This document shows positions 12,901 to 34,970 of a stretch of 64,000 nt of DNA, piece after piece. A model generated the notes under the pieces. The model saw only the letters and a program-made list of their open reading frames with translations. It did not search any database and was not told where the DNA came from. Numbering within the stretch: the first letter of the stretch is position 1; each line of letters opens with the position of its first letter. Origin of the DNA: Oikopleura dioica. Lineage: Eukaryota > Animalia > Chordata. Made by a program: the position numbers and the translations under genes. The stretch is taken from the NCBI GenBank assembly GCA_907165135.1, contig OU015569.1, positions 1,550,001 to 1,614,000 on the forward strand, given 5' to 3'.

Positions 12901-14574
12901 TATCGCATTGATATTGACCGTCAGCAGTGCATAAACTCAATTGAAAATCAGGACTGGAATACTCTTCTCGAAAAAGACCAGCTTATCGATCAAATGGCAA
13001 AGAACAAAGTTTTCAATGGCTGGCAAGAGGGAAAGATTCGTTTTGCCCCGACTTACAAGTACGACAAGGCATCCGATGTGTATGATTCATCAGAAAAGGC
13101 GAGAATACCTGCCTGGTGCGATCGCGTCTTGTGGCAACGCGAGACCGAAGATAATGGCGGATCAGTTCTCGATTGTGGGCATGTAGTGCATTACGGTCGA
13201 TATGAAATCAAAAGCTCAGACCATCGTCCTGTATGCTGTCTCATCGACATTAATGTGCTTCGCAGCGACGAAAGCATTCTTTATGAGGTCATCAACGAAG
13301 AAATTAATCGAGCGACGAACTCATCGTCGTCTAGAACGCCAAGTTACGAGAGCCAGGAGCAACCTCAAAGCGTCTATCAAGAACAGACTCAAAATTTCTA
13401 CCAGGAACCGCCACCGCAGCCTGACCATGTTCCTGCTTCTATTCCTGTCCAGTCGGCAGACGCGAGTGATATGGCGTGGAATGATCCTTTCGGCACTGTC
13501 CAACAAGTCGAACAAAAGGCAGCAAAGAAATCTGGTCCACCGCGTCCTCCACCTCCAAAACGACCTCCTCCGCCAAAACTTCAAAATCAAAATGGTGTGC
13601 CAGGAGGTCCTTCGCGGCCACCTCCTCCTTCTAAGAAGTCGCCGCCGCCATTGCCTTCGAATAAGGGTACGATCAAGCGAATCCAAGTGGCACGCTCCGC
13701 GCCAATACCTCCGTCAGCGGGTCTGCCCAGTCCGCTTAAGCCGATGAAGGCAACAATTTCTTCAGCAAAAGTTCCGCCTATGATTCCTTCACGCCAGCCT
13801 AGCGTCGCGCCTAAAACTAACCATGAATTTGGCAAGCCGTTATCTGCCCCTCCACCAGCATCGATTGCCCGCGCTAGACCTGGTCGAGCAGCTCCATCTC
13901 CAGTTAATCAAAGTATAACGCCTTTTCCAACTGCTCCGTCCCAGCCTCAGACAAAAGCTCCTCCTGCTATTCCTAATAGAACACCCGCCCAGCCACCCGG
14001 ATACTCCTCAACTCAACTGCTTCAGCCTAAGATTGCACACTCCGCTCCTCAGCCCGTTTACAGCATACCACCTATCGTCAATAACAACTCGATTTCGTCA
14101 TCGACAGCTCAGCCTGAAATACCCATCAGAGAGCAGTTCCTCAAACACATGAACATCACTCCAACCATCGACCCATTCGCGGCCAAGCCCGATGACAATG
14201 TTTATCAAGTGCCCCCTAGTGACAGTTTCGACGACTTCTTCGCTAACCGAGCAAGACAGGCACCACCTCCAGCACCAAAACCAGCAGTTGCGACGAATCC
14301 ATTCGCAACCAGTGCCCCTCGGCCAACTACACTTGGTCCATTTGCCCAAACCTTGCAACCTGCTCCGGCGAACCCTTTTCAGCAGCAACAATTGCCTTTC
14401 TACTCGTCAGTGCCGGTGCAACCGATGATGCAGCAGCCTCAGCAACAGCCACAGAGGATAGGAGTGAGCGACTTGCCAGCGCCTCTGATGCCTTCGAAAT
14501 CGGCCACGATCTCGTCGAGCGGATCCAAGCCCCGTGCAGCCATCAACTTATCCGACTTCGACCCCTTAAGTTAA
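9933..14574 (+). CDS. SYNJ1: Synaptojanin (Sac1 + inositol 5-phosphatase with two inserted SH3 domains + Pro-rich tail)
   Basis: Sac1 motifs RGSVPTFWEQPG and RTNCLDCLDRTN (CX5RT). 5-phosphatase motifs TWNVNGG, FWLGDLNYRI, PTYKYD, PAWCDRVLW and SDHRP. Pro-rich tail carries NPF/DPF motifs. Confidence 0.92.
12010..12420 (+). other. Tandem SH3 domains inside the synaptojanin 5-phosphatase domain
   Basis: AYDFTGEAESDLSFVAGDIITVTG|ELEGGEWLQG..GIFPAAFVE and ASFDYCSEETGDLAFMKGEKI..DWWEG..GIFPAAFVE, located between DWLL and PDVLVVAFQE. Confidence 0.9.
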
Positions 14575-14876
14575 ACTCACTTCCTTGTAAATTACACCCC
14601 ATCTATCCAGTGCAATCCACATATCAACTACATGTTCAATATAACTTATTTTAACATGCTTTAAAGATATCTACCGCGACTTGTAATCACTGATCTTCGT
14701 GTGCGTCATTTTACTACTATTCAAAAAGCTTTTTACTATGCTCATGTCTTCATTTTTCTTCATAAGCTTAATCAGTGATATTAGTTATCAGATAAATTGT
14801 ACCAACTCAAGTTTTAGTTCTCGATTTTTAGACATTGTCTGATGACGATTTTTGGAAGAATGCAAGATATACGCTA

Positions 14877-17800
14877 ATGCTTCCAAAAATGTTTGGAATA
14901 ATTTATTTATTGGGAGTGGCTCTTTGCACCGACCTCTGTCACATCAATGAAGAAAAGTTCGTTCGACTCTGGGATGGCGAAGACTTTCTCCTTGCTGCGG
15001 ATATCGATACAATCACCGCTTCGCCGCTCAACAACGACATGGAGCACAGGCGTCTTGTCGAAGAATGCCGCGGCATCGTGGCGATTGACTATATCTACTC
15101 GGAGAAAACTATCGTCTGGGCTGAGTCAGAGACTGCTCCGCCAAGAATAAACGTTTACCAAACTGCTAAAAATGAGTTTTGGTACTTCGATCTCCACGAG
15201 GGTTCCGATATTAAGTCCATGGCTGTTGATTGGGTGGCGAAGAATGTTTACTGGTTCGACGATACTGACGAGGCGATCAAAGTCTGTAGTCTTTTCAGCT
15301 GCCAAGCACTCTCCGATGAAGAGCCGAAAAAGAAGTCATGTTCGTGTAAAACTCTCTTGCTAAAAATCCAGAATCAAAAGGCATCTCGCGATCTGGTAAT
15401 AGATTCACATGGAAGTCGCCTGTTCTTCATCAATGAAAACTCCCTGGAGTCGGTGAATCTAGATGGAACGAACAGACAAGTGCTAATTAACTCCAGAGAT
15501 GTAGTGGGAAATAAAATCTCCGGCTTAGCTATGTATGATAGAAACAACCTGATTTACGGCTCTCCCGAGCTGAAAATACATAAGCTGAACCTCATCACTG
15601 ATACTTCGCAAACAGCTGCCCTTCCTCTTTCGCAAACGATGCTGTTTTCATCGAAAAGATTCCTCTCGCGCGAAATGGTTGAGCAGACAGCTGAACGAGC
15701 TGGCTTGAGCTTTATTCTTTCGTTGACGAGTCTCTCGTCCTCGCTTCAGGATCCATTGGCGAATCCTTGTAAAGATTCGCAATGCTCTGATCTCTGTCTA
15801 CGCTCTCCAACAGGGTTTACTTGCTCTTGCTCGGCTGGCCTTGCTCTTTATCCTAATTCAACTACACTTTGCCGAGAACATCCGGAATCTTTCATCATAC
15901 TGGCTAAGGAACAAGTTCTTCGGAGAATATCACTTGATACCGAAGAGCACGAATACATGAAGTTGGTAGAATACGGCGATTCCTCTCGTTCTATCACCGC
16001 AGTTTCAATTGATCCCTTGTTCGGGAAGATATATTATTCGACCGTCTACTCGGATGAAGACGGAAAAAGCATTGGATCGACAATCCATAGTGTCAGAATC
16101 GACGGTTCTAACCAGGTCGACTTGATTTCGGACGGTCTTGCAGAAGTGGAAGGTTTAGCGCTGGACTCACAGAATCAATTGATCTACTGGGCTGACAAAA
16201 TAATGATGCACATCGAAGTGGCTGCATTGACTTGCAGATGCAACGTACGTGGTTGCTTGCACGAGCATTGTCGCCGCATCATCGTAACATCGAAGGACCA
16301 CAAGCCAGACTTCCAGCCGCGCTCGATCGTCGCTGCGCATGGCTACATCTTCTGGACAGACATTGCTTCCTGCAAGATCGTTCGCGCTCACGGCAGCGGT
16401 GGATCCCAAGACGTGCTCAGAACGTACAACACTCGCACATCGCATGGTTGCCCGAATAAAATCAGCATCTCGGATGATGGGAATAAACTTTTTGTCATCG
16501 TGCGAGACTTGAAAATTCGTGTAGAAAGCTACATCGAAGTTCTGCACAACATAATTCCCGAGCTTTCTCCTGGAGCAAAGATTGAGTCTCAATTATTTAA
16601 AAGATTTCCAGGGCGTGATTTTGAGAGCATCAAAGTCTTCAAAAACTCAGTTTTTGTAGTTGGACAGAGTGCGCCACTAACTGAAGTAAATGCAGGCGGG
16701 CAAGAAAAAAGATTCTACGGGACTGGGCACTTGAACAGTGATGTGCTGGACATACAAGATCTGTCCGTAAAAATCGGAAAAAATGAGCAGATCTGCGACT
16801 TTATTCAATTCGCGAAGCCGGGAAATGGACGAAACTGCCAATGTCCAGATGGACTATCCAATACACTCGACACTTCTTCGGCAGGCTTGGGCAGATCCTG
16901 CAAAGGTCCAGAGCTTGACCTGCTGTTTCTTCTATTGGACGACAATGATAATCGATATAAATTCCACCAGCTCCCGATTGGTGACGAGACAAGCAACGAC
17001 CGATCGACAGAAGTGCACGAGTTTGAGCAAAATAATCTTCGCGAGCCTTCTTTCGACTTTCACTACAAAACTGACCGAATATTTTTCTTCGCCAAGGAAA
17101 AATTTACCACGCTTTACACAGCGCAGCGCAAGAAAACCGGCAAGTTTCGAAAACCAGTTCAGATAACCAACGTTGGTCTCGAAGGAGCCGTCAAGCTTGC
17201 TGTCGATTGGATAGGAGATAGCGTTTACTGGACGAATAACATCCTCCATCGTGTGGAGCAAATTGTCTTCGATGGAAGCGTTCGACGCACGATCGTGCAT
17301 GACTGCGACCAGCCTCATGCAATAGCTGTTGATTCATCTGCTGGTTACATTTTTTACTCCGATTTTTCTACCTCTGACGATTTTGCCAGTCTCAGTCGTG
17401 TCGATATGTCTGGCGAGAACAAAGTATCAGTTCTCGGGCCACACTCAGATTACAGGCAGATTCTTTCTATCTCTCTCGACATCATCAAGCAGGAAATGTA
17501 CTTGCTCGACGAAATGAAGAATTCGATTGTCAAAGTCCCCTACGACGGGACTACGGCGGAGATTGTGTATTCTTATCAAGCCGAAACGCCGTCTATCACT
17601 TCTATTTCCTTCTATCACAGCGTTATTTACTGGTCTGAGTTGAAAGATCGGAGCTCTTGTGAGCTAAAGTCTCTCCAGCTTCGCGATTACAGCAACTCTA
17701 GAGCGAAAACTATCGGCAAACTGAGTAGCAAACCCCTTGGACTCACTGTAGTAGCTCCTCAGGTCGGCTGGGGGCAATGCAACATACCAAGGCCGAGTAA

Positions 17801-20352
17801 CTATCCTCAGTACAAAGAGAGCATTTGCATTGCGAAGCCGACAGAAGACGAACACATACACAAATCTGAAAATGTCTGCTCGACTCACTTTAGCCTTCAG
17901 TACGACATTTGCAAGGCGCCAAAAGAGTTTCTGATCTTTGCCCAGGAGCGAGAAATTTCGCGTGTTCTTCTGAAACATGCAAGTGATACTACCGACCAGA
18001 TCATTCCAATTCACGGAATCGGGAAGACCTTTTCAATGGCATGGGATACTTATGCTGGCAAGGGACGCTTTTATTGGGTGGATTCAGATAAGGATAACCA
18101 AATCTTCTCATCCAGAGGCGTCGGAGATGCACCAGTCTTGTTCCTGCCTAAAGAGCGGTCATATGCGAAGAATATTGCTATCCACGAATTGAGTGGAATG
18201 ATTTTCTGGACACTCGCCAGCAGAGACGATCGGAACGAAGAAGCGACAATTTGCTACGCCTTCCTGACTGAAGACGGCGAAGGAAAAGGCGGAAAGTGTT
18301 TGGACGAGTGGACGCGTTCTGAGCACCGAAGTATGATGAGCAACATCTGGAACAACATCCGCCCAGATCTGATCGTCATCCACCAGCTGACGGGAACTAT
18401 CATCTTCACCAACGACTGTAAAACTTCTGACGAGTCTTGCCAGCTCATCTTCACGACCAATATTTTCGAAGGTAAAATCTAGTAGAATGAAACATAATTA
18501 TTTTTACTCCTGTAGTTTCTTCTGGCCGCATATCAGCTCCAACTCCATGCGTCGTTTTTGAAGCGACGCCTCCTGTAACCGCTATCGCTGTGTACAGCCC
18601 ACCAGAAGATCCTTACCTCGTAAAACTGTTCTGGTCCGACGAATTCAAGATTTATCACAAGGAGTTTACCATCCCCCGCCATCGAGCGTCAATCTGTCCT
18701 GATCAAGGAGAGAGCAAAACTTTGAGTCTCAATTGTGATATAGAATGTTGGTATATCATCTGAGTCCACAATAACATTCATTTCATTAGCAAAAATCATC
18801 CCCAACGGAATTGCAATCGCCGAAGACGAGCTCTTCTGGGTCGACGGCTCCGCACTCAAACGGTCGAAAGTCGGCCAAGGACAGAGTTGCGCGCCAACTC
18901 AAACCGTCATTGATCGCGAACTCAAAAATCTAACCGCCATTGCAATTGTTAGAAGCAACGATCGCATCAATGACCTCCGCTACGAGTGCATCCACAAAAA
19001 CTGTTCTCATTTTTGTGTTGGTAAGATTTTCATCTTCGATAAAAATTCTGTTTTTAACCTTTTAAAAATAGCTGACTCGTCGCTGTCATCATCGGTCCAG
19101 TGCAAGTGCCCACCTGGATTGGAACTGATGCGGAATGCCAAAGACTGCGATAAAGGAAAATGCGGAGATAAATTCACCTGCGGAGCGGGATCAGGGTAAA
19201 AACTTTCTTTCTCGGGCCATTTTTCCTATTTTTGTATAGAACGAGTCCTGATTGTATTGAGCAGATTTATGTTTGCGATGGAAACTCAGACTGCGTCGAT
19301 GGGAGTGATGAAAGCCCAAATCTTTGCAATCGTTGTTTGGAAAACGAGTTTTCTTGTGGAAATGGCGAGTGTATTGATAGGTAGGAGATCAGAAGGAACT
19401 TTCAATTGACATGAATTTTAGTGATAAACACTGCAATGGAATCCCAGATTGCCAAGATGGAAGTGATGAACGCATATGTCCGATTACATGCGAGTTAAAT
19501 GTAAGTACTGATTTGCGTTGATCTTTTGTTTCACTTTGAAAAAAAGGCAAGAAAGGAGCGGCATTATATAAGCACCCAAGCGCTTTGTTATGCAACTTTT
19601 GTTTGAGGTGACAAGCTAGCCAAATGAGCAAGCATTTCGAAAGTAAAGAGATTATTTTTTCTAGCAAAACCGGTGTTACGACGCTCTTAAATGCTACGAT
19701 GTCTCGGAGAAATGTAATGGCGTGGATGACTGCGATGATGGAAGCGATGAGCAAGACTGCCCCGAGCCTATTGACGCGGTAAACTTTTTATTTTTCTTTC
19801 ATTCTTTTGAAGGATGTTTTTAGACCGCGAAGATTGTTATTTACATCGTCGCCTTCTTCGTCTTCTTCCTGACCATAATCATCATCATCATCGTGGTGCT
19901 TACAAGACCACGGCCAATCACACAAGAGCAAAACATTCATTTACAAATTATTCAACCCCCACCGGTAAATCATTTATTTTCCAAACAATAATAAATTTGA
20001 TTCATTTCAGCCGTTGAGTCATCGTTCGAGCATGATGCCTCCTCCTTATCACTCGCATGCGGACAGTGTCTACTCCGCCGAATACGAAGTCAATGTTCCG
20101 TTGATGGCTCCACCGCCAAGTGTCATTTCCTCGGGAGTGGCGGCTCCTCTACGGCTCCCTCTCTCTCACCGCCAGCGTCAGCAACAATTCAGCCATGATA
20201 CTCTTTCGGAGAGCAGTCGTGGCTCTGGAACGGGCGATTCGAATCCGCCCTCCTGCAAAGTAAATATAAGACGCCTCTCGCAAGAAACAGACCTGATTGT
20301 TCCGGGTTCTTATGCGCCTTGCTCAACCCCTATTCCAACCTCTGAAGAATGA
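14877..20352 (+). CDS. LRP6: LRP5/6-type Wnt co-receptor
   Basis: Signal peptide, four YWTD-like propeller/EGF modules (mostly in one ~3.6-kb exon), three LDLa repeats, TM IVIYIVAFFVFFLTIIIIIIVVL and a Ser/Pro-rich tail. This is the LRP5/6 domain order. Confidence 0.85.
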
Positions 20353-20559
20353 AACGTTCTTCAACAGACATTGTTAAACTACTGTAATTGTAAATAAGTT
20401 TTATTCTGTAGATTACTGAATCAATCGCAAACTGCTTCCTTTGATTTCTTTTTCCAAAATAGTTCCATTCCTCTGTGCCTTCAATTTCTATCCAATTCCC
20501 AAAGTAATACAAGTCACCTACCTCCAGAAACATCCTCCCAAACATCACCATTCAGAGTC

Positions 20560-20960
20560 ATGATCTCCCGAGTTGCCCTTGCCGCCCCACGAGTTGCCAC
20601 CCGAGTCGCTGTCCGGTAAGAAATGCAGTTCCTTATTCAAAGCTTACGGTTTAACTCAAGACCCTTGGCTGTCTCCGCCCAGGCTCGAGATATCGACACC
20701 GCCGCCAAGTTCATCGGTGCTGGTGCTGCCACCGTCGGTGTTGCTGGCTCTGGAGCTGGTAAGATTGTTTTAGCGATTAAATAGAACTAACAAATGCTTG
20801 AGGTATCGGAACTGTGTTCGGCTCCCTCATCATCGGTTACGCCCGAAACCCATCCTTGAAGGCTCAGCTCTTCTCCTACGCCATTCTCGGATTTGCCCTC
20901 TCTGAAGCCATGGGTCTCTTCTGCTTGATGGTCGCCTTCCTCATCCTCTTCGCTTTGTAA
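20560..20960 (+). CDS. ATP5MC: Mitochondrial ATP synthase subunit c precursor, three exons
   Basis: [26 protein letters not shown]|[51 protein letters not shown]. Confidence 0.97.
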
Positions 20961-21105
20961 GCGCGATGCCAGACGGTTGAAATTACAATAGGACAAATTA
21001 CTGTTACGTGTTCTTACAGTTCAATGATATGTAGTGTGCACAACAAATACAGACTATCCTAAAGACGCGCGTAATTTTATTTTCTTCTCAAGATGAAATC
21101 GGGGC

Positions 21106-30810
<9,705 letters not shown>

Positions 30811-31479
30811 GGCGATGAGTTTTTTCTTATTCTCAATTCTAGGGAAAGAAGGAGGAAAAGAAGATAGCTTCTGATTGACGAACAAGTACGCAATCTCATC
30901 ACTGCAAAAATCAACTTGGAACGAGCTCGGCGAAAGCAAGAGAGCCTCATTTAAATGTACAGTTACTGCTCTTGTCCTATCTCTTCGTTCTATCAACTTA
31001 CAGTCCTTTATCGAAAACGCCCCAGCCAGAAGAAAATCGTCCATTCTGTTCAAGCCAAATGCTTCCTAAACCTTTTGCATGAAGCTGTTGAAAGTTCTTT
31101 TCTTGTGTCACTATTCAAAGTAATGACAAGTCAGGAAAAATATATTTCCAAATTAAAATTTAAAAAAAATGGCAGAAGTTGGACTCTTTAGAACGGATTG
31201 TATTTTTTTCCGTTCTCTCCTTTTTCTAGTGTTTATTTTAATGCATCTAAAAATATATGAAAAACATCAGCAAATGCTTCAATTGAAGGTTAATTTGAGA
31301 CAGAGGCTCATTGAATTATTTTCAATAATTTTTTTCTTTCATTAATTTCGACGAAGGGAAGTCATTAGGTGCAAAAAAGGCGGCAAACGGGAAGAAAATC
31401 AAGCAAGATGGCGGGAAGATAGCCGCAGGAGTCCCTTTTCGGTTGCATAGGTCCCATTCTGAGAAATTTCGACTCGATC

Positions 31480-31570
31480 GTCGCGGCGACCAATCAGCTG
31501 CAGGCATTTTTCGAAAAGCGCCAGAGCGCGCTCCGCTTGTTTTTGGAATTCGCGGTGCTCGCAAAAAAGG
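31480..31570 (+). promoter_or_regulatory. Possible cell-cycle promoter of KIF18A (CCAAT box, TTCGCGG E2F-like site)
   Basis: GC-rich patch containing GACCAATCAG and TTCGCGG, ~100-160 bp upstream of the ATG. Confidence 0.3.
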
Positions 31571-31651
31571 CCCTTCACTCCCTTTTCTGACAAATTAGAG
31601 GGGCAAGCAATTTCTCAGGAGGCTAATTCTAGCATTTCGAATTCTCAAAAT

Positions 31652-34580
31652 ATGGGTGAAAATGAGAGCAACTCGTCGAAGATGCGAGTCGTCGTCAGAA
31701 TTAGACCCATGAACACGAGAGAAATAAACAATGACGAAGAGAGTATAATCGAGCAAATTGACGACAAGGTAAATAAATTATAGTTCCCCGAAAATTCTAT
31801 CAAAAATAACTTATATTTTCCATGCAAAAAGATCGTTGAGACTGAGCTTTCCATCTTTTATAAGAACTTTTATTTCCTAACGAAACCGCAAATAAATCAA
31901 CATATTTATTTCAGGCGCTAGTATTCGACCCAGAAGTCGAAGAAGACGCCTACCTGCAAGGCTTCAAAAAAGTGGCTCGTCTGGGACAGAAGAAAAATCG
32001 AAAACACCGTCCCCGACGAAACAATACTTTCTGCTTTGATGCAGTTTTCGGCGACACCTCCACACAGGTTCGTTTTTTTATATAACCGACACTTTCTTAT
32101 CTTGATTGTTTCTAGCAAGAGGTGTACGAGCAGACGACGGCAGATACGATCGAAACGATCGTTGAGGGCTACAACGCCACCGTCTTCGCGTATGGAGCCA
32201 CTGGCGCTGGAAAAACGCACACGATGCTCGGTACGCCGGAGGATCCAGGAGTCATCTGCAGAACAGTCCAAGCGCTCTTTACAAAAATGGCAGAGTTGAG
32301 AGAATCTTCGACGGATACGAAGGTAATTTCTAGCTTTTTCCTTGATTTCAATCAATGTTCCGAATTTTTGATTGTGTCTCCAACTCTGTCTTCTAGTACA
32401 AAATCACTGTCAACTACCTGGAAGTCTACAACGAGCGAATCAACGATTTGCTGAACGACAGTAAGAAATCAAAAGACCTGCCGATGCGCGATATTGCCGG
32501 AGCTATAAACATCCGAGGACTGTCAGAAAAAGAGCCGAAAACGGCGGAAGAACTCATGGCCTGGCTCAAGGAGGGCAACAATCTGAGAACACAGGTGAGA
32601 AGAATGCAAACTCGAATGAGCTAAATTGACGCTATGTTCTTTCCTAGCATCCAACCGATGCGAATGCGCAGAGTAGTCGATCTCATGCCGTTTTCGTTGT
32701 GCATTTCACGCAAATGGCAGGAACAACGAGGACGATTTCAAAGTTGACTTTGGTCGATCTTGCGGGTTCCGAAAGAGCGCAGGCTACTCCGAATATGGGC
32801 CTGAGGTAAGTGTTTATAAACAATGCAGTTCTGTAGAGAGAATGATTTAGACTCCGCGAAGGTGGTAACATTAACAAGTCATTGCTGGCACTTGGCAATG
32901 TTATCAACGCGCTTGCTGATCCGAAACACAAGGGGCACATCAATTATCGAGATTCGAAGCTGACGCGAATCCTTAAAGACGGTCTCGGCGGAACTTGCCG
33001 TACGATTATGATTGCCAATGTGTCCCCTGCCGACAAAGTCTATGAAGATACACTCAATACGATTAAGGTACAAATCACATGCTCATTTACATTAGACTCA
33101 ATTTTTTCTAGTACGCTGACAGAGCGAAATCGATCAGATCTAGTCTGACCAAGAGAGTGATGGAGACGCAAATGCATGTCGGAAACTACAAAAAGATTAT
33201 CGAGGATCAGAAACTTCGAATCAAGCGACTTGAGGCAAGTAAATTTCGATTTGTAACTGAGATCATGGAAGAGAACCTTTCAAACCATTAATTTCCAACA
33301 GTTACCTGGTGATAAAAATATCTTTAGGCGGAGAACGCAGAGCTTAAAAAGAACGGCCCAGCGAAGACAGGTCGATTGTCGAAGGCGGCTGATCCCATCT
33401 GGGGCACGCTGACAAAGCTCCAGTCGGAAGTTATCAGGCTCACCGGCGAGCAGCGAATCGCCATGTGCGAGAAGCAGCTCAAAGAATTCGACTTTGAGGT
33501 CAAAAAACTCGCCACTGAGAATACTGAACGCACGCCAGGCTCGAACAGATACGAGCGAACGCTGGCAAGCTTCGACCTGCGCGTGTCTCGCATTGAGGAG
33601 AAAATCGAAGAGCATATCAAACAGTTCAAGAACTCAATTCCTCAAGAAAAGGTAATTTCCACCCTGAAAGAAGTGGCCCAACTTATTCTATTTTCAGCCG
33701 ACAGATGAGGTCAAATCGCAGCAGGCGGCGGAGGTGAACTATCAAAAGTCCATCATGTACCAAAGTCTCTGCGGAAAGCTCTTCGAGAAGATCAAGCAGC
33801 AGCACGAACTGATCGTAAAAGTAGCCGCCCTCAGCGACGACAACGACAAGCTGCCAGAAGTTCTCTGCCCAGCGCAGCCGCCAGTGTCCTTCTCTGACGA
33901 GAGTTTGCCGGAATTCCTCAAGATTGAGACGCGCTTCTCATTCGATGACTTCGTTCCTGCGAAATCAATCTCGCGCACTCGCAGAGGCATCGTTTTCAAT
34001 GTAAGATCTATCTTTGCTTACAAGAGCTAAATTAAAACTATCAGCGCTCTGAACCGACGAAGAAAAGGCCCGTCAGTGCTGCGCGAAAGCCAATGCCTAC
34101 TTCGTCGCTCAAAAAAACAAAATCGGACCCTGCTCTTCGTCCGAGCCGAGTGCGAACTCCTGTCGATCGTCAGAAAGCCCCTTCTTCTGCTGAAACGAAG
34201 AAGCGACCCATTTCGAGGGTCGACGCTGCGAGTGAGCCAAAGAAAAGAAAGACAGAGGTAGGAAAGAACATTAATTCTTATCACTAACAATAAATCAGAG
34301 TCCAAAAAGTTCTGCCAATAAGAGCGCTCTTGATTCCTCGATTGAGAACGAAGTCCGTCAAGAAAAGGTAAAATTTCACATCTAAACATTATACTTACTG
34401 GTACTCTTTCAGCCTCTTCCTCGATACATGCAGGCAACGGCAACGTCGGCCAAGCAGTCTCGCATTCGGCAGAAAAAAGCCGAAGACAGGCGCAAGGAGA
34501 ACAGCCAAAGATTGAAGGAGTTGAAGGAACGCCAGCAAAACATACATAAAAAACCCTTCCCCTTCAAAAGTTCTCCATAA
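31652..34580 (+). CDS. KIF18A: Kinesin-8 (KIF18A-like), multi-exon
   Basis: MRVVVRIRP; P-loop GATGAGKT; SSRSHA; DLAGSER; [16 protein letters not shown]; [16 protein letters not shown]; C-terminal [12 protein letters not shown]. Confidence 0.92.
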
Positions 34581-34970
34581 CTCACCCTCTCATTTTCATC
34601 CACACGTTTTCACTCACCATTTTCACCAAACCAAAGTTTCACTATGTAAATTCACTATTTAATTGTATATATTCACTCACTACCTGTACTTTTCACATTC
34701 CAATAAAATACTCAAAACGAGAACCAAGCAAAAAATATCCGTGTTATTGACTGAATGTGAGCATGTTCTATTTCAAATAGACTATTTGCAGGTTAATTTT
34801 TCCTTGATTCCAGTTAGATCACTTTCGCAGTTCTCTTCATCGCAAATCTTTGGAAAAGAGTAGAATGAGACAAAAAATAGCAGCTAATGACTTCGTTTGT
34901 ACTTGATATTTGTTGAGCAGTAGATCTATAAAAGAAGACTTGGTGCAGTTGCAAATTCTAAAAGTTCAAA

